Origin: Lachnospiraceae bacterium Phil5
Lineage (GTDB): Bacteria; Bacillota; Clostridia; TANB77; CAG-508
Length of the DNA: 64,000 nt
Reading direction: 5' to 3'
Assembly: GCA_002633185.1 (NCBI GenBank)
Contig: NWBM01000002.1
Location: 145,640 to 209,639, forward strand
The notes under the pieces are model-generated. The model did no database searches. It had not been told where the DNA came from and was given only the letters and a program-made list of their open reading frames with translations. Below are positions 39,879 through 50,237 of the stretch, in pieces (within the stretch, counting starts at the first letter, position 1; every line of letters starts with the position of its first letter). The translations under genes were made by a program, and so were the position numbers.

Positions 39879-40709
39879 ATGAATAATAAAAAGATAATAA
39901 TTACTATGGTTGTTACAATTTCTGTATTAATAATATGCGCAGCAACAATGGCAATATTAAAATTGTCAGGAATAGATTTGCTAAAAATAGCAAAATCAAA
40001 TAATAATAATACTTTGGAAGAAAGAAAAGTTGCTGAAATAGATTTAGACGATACAGAAGGAACTGTTGAAGATAAAATCATAGATAAGAAAATTGAAGAA
40101 ATTCAAAATATTGATTTTTCGTCAACAAGTACAAATCAAACATTAGTAAATTTCATATCAACAAGTAGAGCTAATGCGTTAAACAGAGAGTTATATGTAG
40201 ATATGGAAGAAAGAAATGTCCAAGAGGATTATGAAGAAGTTAAAACTTACAAACCTTTAAGTGAAGTACAAATAAGTTTTAACATGGATGTATCAAAACC
40301 AACAGGTATATCAAAAGAAGATTTTATCTCACTTGTTCAAAGAATGAGATATGATAGAACTGGAATATTGAAAGCAAATGCAGGTGTAATTTGGGAATGT
40401 TGTCAAAAATACAATGTAAATGAAATTTTCGTACTTGGTATATGTGGAATAGAATCAGCATGGTGTTCAGCACCACAACATCAAAGAGCTCACAATTATG
40501 CAAGCTTAATGTCAGGTGGTAAATTAATACCTTATGCAACAGATGCAGACGGATTTGAAGCTATGATAAAATTGCTAGGACAACGTTATTTAACACCAGG
40601 TGCAGGATGCTATCATGGTGCAACAATAACTGGTGTAGGTACATGTTATTGTAACACAACAACATGGCCACCAAAAGTTTATAAATGTATGCAACAAGTT
40701 TTTCAATAG
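39879..40709 (+). CDS. Membrane-anchored glucosaminidase-domain (LytD/FlgJ-like) wall hydrolase
   Basis: N-terminal TM segment. The C-terminal region reads NEIFVLGICGIESAWCS...YLTPGAGCYHGATI. Confidence 0.55.
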   Translation: MNNKKIIITMVVTISVLIICAATMAILKLSGIDLLKIAKSNNNNTLEERKVAEIDLDDTEGTVEDKIIDKKIEEIQNIDFSSTSTNQTLVNFISTSRANALNRELYVDMEERNVQEDYEEVKTYKPLSEVQISFNMDVSKPTGISKEDFISLVQRMRYDRTGILKANAGVIWECCQKYNVNEIFVLGICGIESAWCSAPQHQRAHNYASLMSGGKLIPYATDADGFEAMIKLLGQRYLTPGAGCYHGATITGVGTCYCNTTTWPPKVYKCMQQVFQ

Positions 40710-40717
40710 AATAAATT

Positions 40718-40748
40718 AAAAGCTCGGAAATAAATCCGAGCTTTTTTG
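40718..40748 (+). terminator. Rho-independent terminator
   Basis: aaagctcgga / tccgagcttt followed by T-run. Confidence 0.85.
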
Positions 40749-40780
40749 ATTGAAATAATTGGTGCAACCTTAGTCAAAAG

Positions 40781-40810
40781 ATATTTTTTGGAGGTGTCCC
40801 AAAAAATTTC
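40781..40810 (-). repeat. GGGACAC-family repeat copy in inverted orientation
   Basis: atattttttggaggtgtcccaaaaaatttc. Confidence 0.75.
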
Positions 40811-40890
40811 AAATAAATGTTGTAAATTCTGGAATTATTGATATAATAATAAAGAAATAAAAACAATTAGAAAATAGGGAGGAAATATAA

Positions 40891-42033
40891 ATGGTTAAGA
40901 AAGTTGCTATTTTAGCTAATGGAGGAGATGTTTCAGGGTTTAATGCAGTTATTAGAGCTATTGTTAAAACTGCTGAACAAAATGGTGTAGAATGTTATGG
41001 ATTTATAGATGGTTACAGGGGATTATTAAAGAATGATTATGTTGCATTAAGTACATCTGCTAGTAGAACAGCTTCAGGAATATTGCCTAAAGGTGGGTCT
41101 ATTATAGGATCTTCTACTAATGCAAATGTTTTTCATTATAAATGTGTAGAAGATGGACAAGTTGTTTACAAAGATTTATCAGACATATGTGTTCAAAATC
41201 TTAAAGATGATGGATTTGATTGCCTATTTACTTTAGGTGGAGATGGTACTCAAAAATCTGCAAGGGATTTTTCTTTAAAAGGTGTAAATGTAATTGGTGT
41301 GCCTAAGACAATTGATAACGATGTTGCATGTACAGAGATTACTTTCGGTTATAATACAGCCGTTTCTGTAGCTTCTGATGCTCTAGACAGACTTCATACA
41401 ACAGGTGAAACACATCACAGAATAATGGTGTTGGAAGTAATGGGACGATATGCTGGATGGATTGCATTAGAGTCTGCAATAGCAGGTGGAGCTGATGTTG
41501 CTTTAATTCCTGAAATTCCTTATGATATAAACAAAGCTGTAGAAAAAATAAACGACAGACGTAATAAAGGAAAAAATTTTAGTATAGTTGTTGTTGCTGA
41601 AGGTGCAATGCCTAAGGGGGGAGATATCACAATTGAAAATACAAGAGACAATGGAGAAGGTGTTGATAATACTAAATTAGGTGGTATCGGAAATATTGTT
41701 ACAAAACAATTAGAAAAATTAACAGGTCTTGAAGCTAGATGCACAGTTCTTGGTTATATGCAAAGAGGTGGAAGTCCAACAGCATTTGATAGAGTTCTTT
41801 CTACAAAATATGGATCAAAAGCTATGGAACTTGCTTTAGAAGGAAAATTCAATGTATTAACAGTAATTAAAAACGGAAAATTAGACGCAGTTTCTTTAGA
41901 AGATGTTGTTGGATGCAACAAAGAAATAGGTGCTGTTTCTGGAAATACTGCACAAAGCAACTTAAGAAAAGTAACTATGGATGATGATTTAGTAAAAACA
42001 GCAAGAAATATAGGTATTTGTTTGGGGGATTAA
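40891..42033 (+). CDS. pfkA: 6-phosphofructokinase (PfkA family)
   Basis: KVAILANGGDVSGFNAVIRA...LGGDGTQKSA...PKTIDNDV...MGRYAGWIAL...GYMQRGG. Confidence 0.9.
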   Translation: MVKKVAILANGGDVSGFNAVIRAIVKTAEQNGVECYGFIDGYRGLLKNDYVALSTSASRTASGILPKGGSIIGSSTNANVFHYKCVEDGQVVYKDLSDICVQNLKDDGFDCLFTLGGDGTQKSARDFSLKGVNVIGVPKTIDNDVACTEITFGYNTAVSVASDALDRLHTTGETHHRIMVLEVMGRYAGWIALESAIAGGADVALIPEIPYDINKAVEKINDRRNKGKNFSIVVVAEGAMPKGGDITIENTRDNGEGVDNTKLGGIGNIVTKQLEKLTGLEARCTVLGYMQRGGSPTAFDRVLSTKYGSKAMELALEGKFNVLTVIKNGKLDAVSLEDVVGCNKEIGAVSGNTAQSNLRKVTMDDDLVKTARNIGICLGD

Positions 42034-42035
42034 TA

Positions 42036-43511
42036 ATGAAAGATAAAATAAAACTAAAATATATACACATAGCTACAATTATAGTTGGAATTATATTTAT
42101 TTGTATTGGAGTATTTCATTCAAATTTATGGTTTGATGAAGCATATTCAGTAGGTATTGCAAACAAGTCTTTTATAGATATATGGAAAATAGGGTCTAAT
42201 GATGTTCATCCAGTTTTATACTACTGGATATTACATATAATTTGTTTATTAACAAATGAAAGTGTAATTGCATATAGAATTTTTTCTGCAATTTGCATTT
42301 CAACATTAGGAGTACTAGGGTTTACGCATATAAGAAAAGATTTTGGAGAAAAAACAGGTTTACTATTTTCATTTTTTGCTTATTTCTTACCAGTAATGTG
42401 TTCATATGCGGAAGAAGTAAGAATGTATTCTTTAGCAATTGTTTTAGTAACTGTCTTAGCAATTTATGCTTATAGACTTTCAAAACAAGACTCAAACAAA
42501 AATTGGGCTATTTTTGGAATATTTAGTTTAGCATGCATTTATGTTCACTATTATGGATTAATGGCTGCTGGAATAATAAATGTAATTTTATTAATTTATC
42601 TAATAAAAGAAAAGAGAAAAAGTTCAATTATAAAAATATTAGTGCTTGGAGCAATTCAATTAATTGCATATGTTCCATGGATTATGAGCTTATTAACACA
42701 AATGAAACATGTTTCATCAGGATTTTGGATTGGTTTTGAATTTCCAAAAACATTAATACAACTTTCTAGTTCACAATTTATTGGAAATATGAAAGAAAAC
42801 CCAGGATTTATTATTTCAATATTAATATATACATATTTAATTTATAGAGCTGTAAAAGCTAAAAAAGAAAAAGAAGATTGCAAGCCTGGAATGTGGGCAT
42901 TTATAGTATATATGTTAGTTATTCTTGCAGCTGTAGTTGTTACAATAGTACTAAAATCTTCAATAGTATATTTCAGATATTTATTTGTAATTACCGGATT
43001 ATACATATTCTTCATAAGCTTTTTCTTTGGAAAAGAAAAGAATAAATATGTTATATCTATAATATGTGCAATTACACTAGCTTTGGGTATTTGGAGCAAT
43101 ACTCTTCAAATTAAAAAAGCTTATGGTTCTAACAATATGACACAAATTACATATCTAAAGGAAAACATACAAAAAGATGATGTGATAACATTTGAAGAAT
43201 CAAATTTAGGAACAGGTTCTGTTATATCATTGTATTTTACAGATCATAAACAATGTTTCTACAATCCTTCAAATTGGCACGTAGACGAGGCATATAAAGC
43301 TTTTGGAAATCAATTTAAAATCTATACAGATGATAACATTTATGATGAATTTAATGGTAGAGTATGGATAGTAGATAGTGAAAATGATGATTATTATAAT
43401 GATAAATTTAATAATGAAAATTATAAATTAATTAGCAAAAAACTAATTAAAACAGAGTACGAAGATTATGTATATAACTTAATATTAGTTGAAAAAATAC
43501 CTAATAATTAG
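42036..43511 (+). CDS. GT-C fold membrane glycosyltransferase (GT39/ArnT-like)
   Basis: About 12 TM segments. The first-loop WFDEAYS motif is present. There is a soluble C-terminal domain. Confidence 0.6.
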   Translation: MKDKIKLKYIHIATIIVGIIFICIGVFHSNLWFDEAYSVGIANKSFIDIWKIGSNDVHPVLYYWILHIICLLTNESVIAYRIFSAICISTLGVLGFTHIRKDFGEKTGLLFSFFAYFLPVMCSYAEEVRMYSLAIVLVTVLAIYAYRLSKQDSNKNWAIFGIFSLACIYVHYYGLMAAGIINVILLIYLIKEKRKSSIIKILVLGAIQLIAYVPWIMSLLTQMKHVSSGFWIGFEFPKTLIQLSSSQFIGNMKENPGFIISILIYTYLIYRAVKAKKEKEDCKPGMWAFIVYMLVILAAVVVTIVLKSSIVYFRYLFVITGLYIFFISFFFGKEKNKYVISIICAITLALGIWSNTLQIKKAYGSNNMTQITYLKENIQKDDVITFEESNLGTGSVISLYFTDHKQCFYNPSNWHVDEAYKAFGNQFKIYTDDNIYDEFNGRVWIVDSENDDYYNDKFNNENYKLISKKLIKTEYEDYVYNLILVEKIPNN

Positions 43512-43526
43512 GAGGAAAATATGTAA

Positions 43527-44159
43527 ATGGAAAAAAACAAAAGAAATTATGGTTTATTAGCAATAATTGGAGCGGTGATTGGAGCTTTTGTAGGGTGTAT
43601 ATTGGCTTTTGTTGTTATAATTGCAATAGCTAAAGGTTTCAGAAACAAAATTAATAATCCATCAAATAATTCTAGTGATGCAAATATTTCTAACTATGCA
43701 GGAACAGATATAGAAGATTATGAAAAAGAACATGTAATAAAAGAAATTAATCTTAAGTATATACCACCTAAAGATATGTTAATATTAACAAAGAGCGAAA
43801 TAAATCAATACATGGGTGAGGGATATAGCGATTTATATGAAATTATTTCTATGAATGAGACAGGAAAGAAACTTATATATGTATTCAAAATTGGAAATGA
43901 AGAAGTAAGTAACTACACTGCTGGAGAATATTTATCAAAATCATTAGAAAACAGTGAACATAGTGAAGTTACAACAGAAACACTTGGTGGATTAGAATTT
44001 GCAAAAGTTGAAATGGAAAAAGAAGATACGGAAGCAGGAGAAAAATATGTTGAAAATTGTTATGTTTATAAATATGATAACGAATTTATATGCATAGATT
44101 ATTGGAGATTATATACAGATGAAAATGAAATTGCTACTATGTTCCAAAAAGTTGAATAA
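43527..44159 (+). CDS. Hypothetical N-terminally anchored protein
   Basis: One TM segment. No recognisable domain. Confidence 0.5.
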   Translation: MEKNKRNYGLLAIIGAVIGAFVGCILAFVVIIAIAKGFRNKINNPSNNSSDANISNYAGTDIEDYEKEHVIKEINLKYIPPKDMLILTKSEINQYMGEGYSDLYEIISMNETGKKLIYVFKIGNEEVSNYTAGEYLSKSLENSEHSEVTTETLGGLEFAKVEMEKEDTEAGEKYVENCYVYKYDNEFICIDYWRLYTDENEIATMFQKVE

Positions 44160-44183
44160 TATTACAAATGAATGGAGATAAAA

Positions 44184-44597
44184 ATGATTTACGAATTTGA
44201 AGTACCTTCAAAAATAATTGGAAAAGGGAGACCTAGGTTAAATACGTATACTGGAATAGTGTATACTCCAACTAGGACTAAAGATTATGAAACATTAATT
44301 GAACAATATTTTCTAATGAAGTATCCAACATATAGATCAATAAAAGGAAGAGCTAGCGTAAAAATTCAAGCGTATTTTGAAATTCCAAAATCAACAAGTA
44401 AAGCACAAAAAGAAGAAATGGCTGCAAACGTAATTAGTCCAACAAAAAAGCCTGATATTGATAACATTGTAAAGGTTGTTTTAGATGCAATGAATAAATT
44501 TGCATTTAAAGATGATACTCAAATTGTAAAATTAGAAGTTGAAAAATTATATACTTCAGATGAAGAAAAACTTGTAATTCAAATACAAGAATTTTAG
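44184..44597 (+). CDS. rusA: RusA-family Holliday-junction resolvase
   Basis: GKGRPRLNTYTGIVYTPTRTKDYE...KPDIDNIVKVVLDAMNKFAFKDDTQIV. GGAG lies 6 nt before ATG 44184. Confidence 0.8.
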   Translation: MIYEFEVPSKIIGKGRPRLNTYTGIVYTPTRTKDYETLIEQYFLMKYPTYRSIKGRASVKIQAYFEIPKSTSKAQKEEMAANVISPTKKPDIDNIVKVVLDAMNKFAFKDDTQIVKLEVEKLYTSDEEKLVIQIQEF

Positions 44598-44614
44598 GAA
44601 AGGCGTGACTTAAT

Positions 44615-45394
44615 ATGAAAATAATAAAAAGATTTATTATAGTTGCCATAATGATGGTTTTATTAGCAGGTTTAACAGGATGTGGTGATTCTAAAAATAA
44701 CATATCATCAACTAGTGATAATAATACAACAAAGGCAAATACAACGAAGACAAATACAACAAGTTCAAATACAATTGATGTAACAAAGTATGACTTCCTT
44801 TCAGCTGCAAAAGCTCAGGTCGCAGAGCCAACAAATGGAGAAACGATTGCTATTTTTCATATAAAAAACTATGGGAATATTAAAGTAAAACTCTTTAAGG
44901 ATGTAGCTCCTAAAGCTGTTGAAAATTTTACATCTTTAGCTAAAGATGGATATTATAATGGAGTGATTTTTCATAGAGTAATAAACGATTTTATGATTCA
45001 AGGTGGTGACCCAACAGGAACAGGACGAGGTGGACAAAGTGTATGGGGTAAAGCATTTGAGGATGAGTTTGATTACAGCTTAGTTCCATATAGAGGAGCA
45101 TTATGTATGGCTAATTCTGGAAGTAATACAAACGGAAGTCAATTTTTTATTGAACAAGCTAAATATGATGAAAAAACTTATACTTTGTTAAGGAACAATG
45201 GGTATCCTGATAATCTTTTAGAAGCATATAAGCAATATGGTGGAAGTATGCATTTGTTTGGAGCTCATACGGTTTTTGGACAAGTTATTGAAGGAATGGA
45301 TGTTGTAGATAAGATTGCGGCATGTGAAACTGATGAGAATGATAAGCCATTACAAGATGTTGTAATTGAAAGTATTGAAGTTGCGGAATTTTAA
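44615..45394 (+). CDS. Cyclophilin-type peptidyl-prolyl isomerase, lipoprotein
   Basis: Lipobox LLAGLTGC. FHRVINDFMIQGGDPTGTGRGG...MANSGSNTNGSQFFI. Confidence 0.9.
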   Translation: MKIIKRFIIVAIMMVLLAGLTGCGDSKNNISSTSDNNTTKANTTKTNTTSSNTIDVTKYDFLSAAKAQVAEPTNGETIAIFHIKNYGNIKVKLFKDVAPKAVENFTSLAKDGYYNGVIFHRVINDFMIQGGDPTGTGRGGQSVWGKAFEDEFDYSLVPYRGALCMANSGSNTNGSQFFIEQAKYDEKTYTLLRNNGYPDNLLEAYKQYGGSMHLFGAHTVFGQVIEGMDVVDKIAACETDENDKPLQDVVIESIEVAEF

Positions 45395-45538
45395 ATAATT
45401 CGCAACTTTTTTTGCTTTTCTGGTAGAACATATATTGATTTTATAAATATTATATTATATAATCATTTTGAAGCGGTCGAGACCGATTCAGTAAACTATT
45501 AAACCTATTAATGCGTAATGCAGAAAGGAGAATTCAGA

Positions 45539-46117
45539 ATGTTGTTTTGTGAAGCCCTTGGGGACCTGCGGTTGAAAGTTGGTATTCAGCCTGCAATACT
45601 TGCAGAGGAAACCGGAATTTCACCTGTCAGGTACAAAGACATCGAAAGAGGTCTTGTAGACCCAACACGTACAGAAGTCTTGGCACTTTGTTATGTGCTT
45701 AAGACCACGCCTGAGAAATTGCACTATAAAACTAAAAGCAATACAAAGGCAAAATCCTCAAACCGTGAAGAAGTAAAGGCTGTACCTGATCAAGAAAATT
45801 GTGCAGAAACAATGAACAATGACAACAAAACTAAAAAGGCGAAAAATGACAAAAAGGAAGACAACACTACTAAAACAGTGCCTAAAGCCAAGCAAAAGCA
45901 GCCCCAGAAACCAGCTTATACAGAAGAGCAACTTGCTGAAATGAGAAAGGATGTCGGCAAAAAGATACGTGCTTTAAGAGAATCAAAGAAAATCACGTAT
46001 GCAAAGATATCGAAGGAGCTTGGTATTCCAAGTTATCAATTTGTTCTTATTGAAGAAGGTAAAGCAGATATTCCTGAAAACATCAAGGAAAAACTTCTTA
46101 AATTGCTGCAAGGGTAA
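45539..46117 (+). CDS. Hypothetical protein with two XRE-like HTH segments and a Lys-rich linker (GC-richer)
   Basis: LRLKVGIQPAILAEETGISPVRYKDIERG and IRALRESKKITYAKISKELGIPSYQFVLIEEG. AGGAG precedes ATG 45539. It has its own TTGATT-17-TATAAT promoter (45435-45463). Confidence 0.6.
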   Translation: MLFCEALGDLRLKVGIQPAILAEETGISPVRYKDIERGLVDPTRTEVLALCYVLKTTPEKLHYKTKSNTKAKSSNREEVKAVPDQENCAETMNNDNKTKKAKNDKKEDNTTKTVPKAKQKQPQKPAYTEEQLAEMRKDVGKKIRALRESKKITYAKISKELGIPSYQFVLIEEGKADIPENIKEKLLKLLQG

Positions 46118-46163
46118 AGGGAGCAGAACATGTTAGAGTCTGAAAACGAAAAAGATAATTAAA

Positions 46164-46211
46164 AAAGAGCTTTTTGAAATCACTATTTGTGATTTCAAGA
46201 GGCTCTTTTTC
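46164..46211 (+). terminator. Rho-independent terminator
   Basis: aagagctttttgaaatcac / gtgatttcaagaggctctt followed by T-run. Confidence 0.7.
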
Positions 46212-46350
46212 TCATGACATTATTTACATATTATTTATTCAATATTATATTGACATAATTCTTTAAAAGTGATAAAATGATACACAGTTTCAAATTCAAT
46301 TAAATAATAATTCAAATAATAACTTAAAATATTAGAAAGAAGGGAATATT

Positions 46351-46764
46351 TTGAGAGGAAAATATAATACAAAACAAAGAGAGAAAATACTTCAATATTT
46401 AAAAGATAATAGTACAAGCAATATTACAGCCGAAGAAATTTTAAAGTTTTTTACTAATTCTAATGAAAATATTGGAAAAGCGACAGTATATAGATATTTA
46501 AATAATTTAGTAGAAGAAAATATAGTTAAAAAATATATGGTAGAAGATAGAAATTGTAGCTGTTATCAATATGTTGGAGATGAGCATTGTGGTGAACATT
46601 ATCATCTAAAATGTGAAAAGTGTGAGAAGATAATTCATTTGGAATGTGAGGAGTTTAACTATATTCAGCAACATATTTTAAAAGACCATAATTTTGAACT
46701 AGATAGAGTAAAAACTGTTCTTTACGGAATTTGTAATGAATGTAAAAAAGAGAAAGGAGAATAA
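46351..46764 (+). CDS. zur: Fur-family regulator, probably Zur
   Basis: KQREKILQYL...GKATVYRYL...CxxC pairs (CEKCEK, CNEC). It heads the znuABC genes. TTG start. Confidence 0.75.
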   Translation: MRGKYNTKQREKILQYLKDNSTSNITAEEILKFFTNSNENIGKATVYRYLNNLVEENIVKKYMVEDRNCSCYQYVGDEHCGEHYHLKCEKCEKIIHLECEEFNYIQQHILKDHNFELDRVKTVLYGICNECKKEKGE

Positions 46765-47747
46765 TGTTTGTTATGAAGAAAAATATATTATTTATAGTTG
46801 CCTTATTAATTATATTTACTGTATTTTTAGCGGTTATATCAATTTTTAGTAATAACGAAAATGAGAATAAAGATAAAGTTAAAATTGTTGCAACATTATT
46901 TCCTCAATATGATTTTGCAAAACAAATAGGAGGAGATAAGGTTAATGTAATACTTTTATTGCCTTCTGGTACGGAGAGTCATACATATGAACCTACTCCA
47001 AAGGATATGGTTAATATTAATAATTCGGATTTGTTTATATATACAGGGAAAGAAATGGAGCCTTGGGCTGATGAAGTAATTGCTGGAATGAAGAATGATA
47101 TTAAGGTATTAGATTTATCTAAATGTGTTGAGTTAATTAAATCTGAGGATTTTGAAGAAGAACATGAGAGTGAGCATGAACATGAAAATGAAGAAGGACA
47201 CCATCATACATATGACCCTCACATTTGGTTAAATCCTAAATATGCAATAAAAATGGCAGAAAGTATAAAAGATGAACTATGTAAAATAGATCCAGATAAT
47301 GTGGAGTATTATACAAATAATGCAAATAAATATATTAAAGAAATTCAAGATTTAGATAATGACTTTGAACAAACAGTTAATTTGTCAGTTAAAAGGAAAA
47401 TAGCATTTGGAGGAGCTTTTGCTTATGCATATTTCATTGAAAGATATGACTTAGATTTTGCAAGTGCTTATGATTCATGTGGTGAAAATATTGAGCCTAG
47501 TACATCAAAGGTAAAAAAAGTAATTGATTATATAAATAAAAACAAGCTACCTGTTGTATTTTGCAAAGAATATACAAATGGAAAAGTTGCTCAAACAATT
47601 GCAGAAAGTACAGGAGCAAAGGTGCTAGTATTTAATACAGTGCATAATGTATCAAAAAAAGAAATAGAGAACGATGCTAGTTATGTAAGTATAATGAGAG
47701 AAAATTTAAATAATTTAGAAATTGCATTGGAGGTAAATAATGAGTAA
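46764..47747 (+). CDS. znuA: Zinc ABC transporter substrate-binding protein (cluster 9)
   Basis: ATLFPQYDFAKQIGG...SHTYEPTPKD. His/Glu-rich loop EEEHESEHEHENEEGHHHTYDPHIW. Confidence 0.85.
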   Translation: MFVMKKNILFIVALLIIFTVFLAVISIFSNNENENKDKVKIVATLFPQYDFAKQIGGDKVNVILLLPSGTESHTYEPTPKDMVNINNSDLFIYTGKEMEPWADEVIAGMKNDIKVLDLSKCVELIKSEDFEEEHESEHEHENEEGHHHTYDPHIWLNPKYAIKMAESIKDELCKIDPDNVEYYTNNANKYIKEIQDLDNDFEQTVNLSVKRKIAFGGAFAYAYFIERYDLDFASAYDSCGENIEPSTSKVKKVIDYINKNKLPVVFCKEYTNGKVAQTIAESTGAKVLVFNTVHNVSKKEIENDASYVSIMRENLNNLEIALEVNNE

Positions 47748-48561
47748 TTTAGAAATGTTTATAGATTTACTTAAATATCCATTTATGCAAAGAGCTATAA
47801 TATGTGGTATTGCAATATCTTTTTGTGCTGCTTTAATAGGTGTTATTTTGGTTTTAAAAAGATATTCAATGATAGGACATGGATTAGGTGAAGTGGCATT
47901 TGCATCGCTTTCACTTGCTCTTGTATTAGGCATGCCAGAGATGTATATTGCTATTCCAATAGTAATAATTGCATCATTTATAATATTAATAATAAGCCAA
48001 AAACAAGGAGAGAGTGGAGATATAACAATTGCACTAGTTTCAGCAGGTGCACTCGCATTTGGAGTGATAATTACAGCTATTACTAACGGATTTAATATAG
48101 ATGTTTATAACTACATGTTTGGTAGTATTCTAACAATGAAAACAAGTTATGTTATTATAAGTGTTGGTTTATCAATAATTTTAGTTATTATATATTTAAT
48201 CTTTTACAATAGGTTGTTTATGATTACATATGATGAGAAATATGCAAAAGTTTGTGGTATTAATGTTACATTTTATCAATTCTTAATTGCGTTATTTACT
48301 GCAATTGTTGTAGTTATTGGAATGAGAATGATGGGAACAATGCTTATTTCAAGCCTTATAGTATTTCCAGCTGTTATTGCTAGAAGATTAACACATTCAT
48401 TTAAAGAAATGTCTGTTATGTCTATAATAATTTCAATAATATGTTTCTTGTTTGGATTAATAATATCATCAATTTTAAATCTTCCAACAGGAGCAAGCAT
48501 TGTTATGGTATACATAGCTGTTTTATTGTTTAGCATAATTTGGACTAAGATTTTGAAATAA
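47740..48561 (+). CDS. znuB: Zinc/manganese ABC transporter permease
   Basis: Polytopic ABC-3 family permease in operon context. Confidence 0.8.
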   Translation: MSNLEMFIDLLKYPFMQRAIICGIAISFCAALIGVILVLKRYSMIGHGLGEVAFASLSLALVLGMPEMYIAIPIVIIASFIILIISQKQGESGDITIALVSAGALAFGVIITAITNGFNIDVYNYMFGSILTMKTSYVIISVGLSIILVIIYLIFYNRLFMITYDEKYAKVCGINVTFYQFLIALFTAIVVVIGMRMMGTMLISSLIVFPAVIARRLTHSFKEMSVMSIIISIICFLFGLIISSILNLPTGASIVMVYIAVLLFSIIWTKILK

Positions 48562-48576
48562 AAAGGAGAATGAATA

Positions 48577-49245
48577 ATGGAAATAGTTAGAATTAAAGAT
48601 TTAAGAACATCATATAATGGTCATATAGCAATAAAAAATGTTTCTTTTAATATAGAAAAAGGTGAATATGTATGTCTTGTTGGAGAAAATGGATCTGGTA
48701 AAAGTACATTGCTTAAGACCCTTGTTGGACTTAATAAAAAAGATAACGGAGAAATTATTTTAAATATTGAACCAGATAAAGTATCATATTTAGCACAAAA
48801 TAATATGACTGAAATTAATTTTCCGGCGACTGCCAAAGAGATTATAATGACTGGTGTTCAAAAACATAAAAAGCTTCCATTTTATAATAAAGAAGACCAT
48901 GAAGCATTTGAAGAAATATGTAATGAATTATCAATTAAAAGTATTATAAATAAGCAAATATCAGAATTATCTGGAGGTCAAAGACAACGTGTTATGCTTG
49001 CTCGTGCATTAATAAGAAAACCAGAATTATTAATTTTAGATGAGCCTTGTAGCGGTTTAGATAGTATTATTACAAAAGAATTTTATAAAATTCTTGATAA
49101 ATTAAATAAAGAAAAAGGATTAACAATTATAATGGCTACACATGACTTAAACGAAATTGAATCTGAAAATATTCGAGTAATTTGCATGGCAACTGTTGTA
49201 AAATTTGATGGTAATGTGATAGAATGGAATAAACAAGAGAAATAA
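48577..49245 (+). CDS. znuC: Zinc ABC transporter ATP-binding protein
   Basis: GENGSGKSTL (Walker A), LSGGQRQRV, LLILDEP. Confidence 0.85.
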   Translation: MEIVRIKDLRTSYNGHIAIKNVSFNIEKGEYVCLVGENGSGKSTLLKTLVGLNKKDNGEIILNIEPDKVSYLAQNNMTEINFPATAKEIIMTGVQKHKKLPFYNKEDHEAFEEICNELSIKSIINKQISELSGGQRQRVMLARALIRKPELLILDEPCSGLDSIITKEFYKILDKLNKEKGLTIIMATHDLNEIESENIRVICMATVVKFDGNVIEWNKQEK

Positions 49246-49272
49246 ATTCTAATAAACAAAGGAGAGAACATT

Positions 49273-50187
49273 ATGGATGATAAATCTTTTAGAAAATTAG
49301 TATCATTTAAACGTAATTATATGTCAAATTCGATAACAGACAAACAAATTAAAGATGCTTTTAAAAGTATGTTTGGAAATGGTGATGATAGTAATAGCAT
49401 GTTTTTTGATTCATGTGATTCTCGAGAATTACGTGATTTATGTGAATGCTTTGAATTATATTTATCAATGTATCCATATGCAGATTTTAGAGATATGGGA
49501 ATAGCTAAGTATATGACTGAAAGAGAAAGGTATTTTTTATTTACTATAACAGATCCTATTAAAGATTTGAATACTTGTGACTATATTAATACAAATGAAG
49601 AAATTACCGAGCTTTTTCAGGTACGTGATGTTGCCGAAGACTCTAGAAGAATAAAGGGATTTATAGATCCATCAGTTACAAATAAATTGGGAAGAAGAGA
49701 TGATGGAAACAGACCGGGACATATTGCAGAAGAAATGTTACAGGTAATGTTACATGGTAAAGCTAACAGCCGTGAAGGTGGCCAAATAATGATTTGTAAA
49801 TCTAAAGTAAGAGTACTAATTGAAAATTACAAAATAATTCAAGGATTAATACAAAAAGCTCAAATAAGAAAATCTGAAGTAGAGCAGCCATCAGAAGAAA
49901 TTGAAGGCTTTATTGAAAAATTAAGAGCTCACAGTTTTGATATTCAAAATGATTTGGCTAATATGATGGTTGAGATAGAAGAAAAATATGACTCTGAACA
50001 AGATTATGTTATTCCATATGCAGAAAAATTATCTAAAATTGCAGAGGAAGCAGATGTTTTATTAAAACCTGGAGAAAGAATATTAACACCATCTGAAATA
50101 GAGATGCAGGCTCAAAAAAGAAGAAGAAAAATTGAAGTTACCGAAACTAACCATGCTCGCGATAATGAGCCAGATTTAGATGATTAA
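49273..50187 (+). CDS. Hypothetical protein
   Basis: 304 aa with native-like composition. No family recognised. Confidence 0.5.
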   Translation: MDDKSFRKLVSFKRNYMSNSITDKQIKDAFKSMFGNGDDSNSMFFDSCDSRELRDLCECFELYLSMYPYADFRDMGIAKYMTERERYFLFTITDPIKDLNTCDYINTNEEITELFQVRDVAEDSRRIKGFIDPSVTNKLGRRDDGNRPGHIAEEMLQVMLHGKANSREGGQIMICKSKVRVLIENYKIIQGLIQKAQIRKSEVEQPSEEIEGFIEKLRAHSFDIQNDLANMMVEIEEKYDSEQDYVIPYAEKLSKIAEEADVLLKPGERILTPSEIEMQAQKRRRKIEVTETNHARDNEPDLDD

Positions 50188-50237
50188 TTAAAATATAAAA
50201 CAGACAAGAGATTATATTTCTTGTCTGTTTTTGCGTA

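Noticed and set aside
43527-45394. A prophage or genomic island around rusA.
   Set aside because: Only RusA is phage-like. There is no integrase, capsid or terminase gene and no att-like repeat, and the composition is native.
46129-46161. A 10-codon mini-ORF (MLESENEKDN) after the double-HTH gene.
   Set aside because: It has no convincing function or conservation signal and lies between the stop codon and the terminator.
46270-46350. A Zur operator upstream of zur-znuABC.
   Set aside because: Only an AAATAATAA direct repeat is seen, with no match to the palindromic Zur-box consensus that I could defend.
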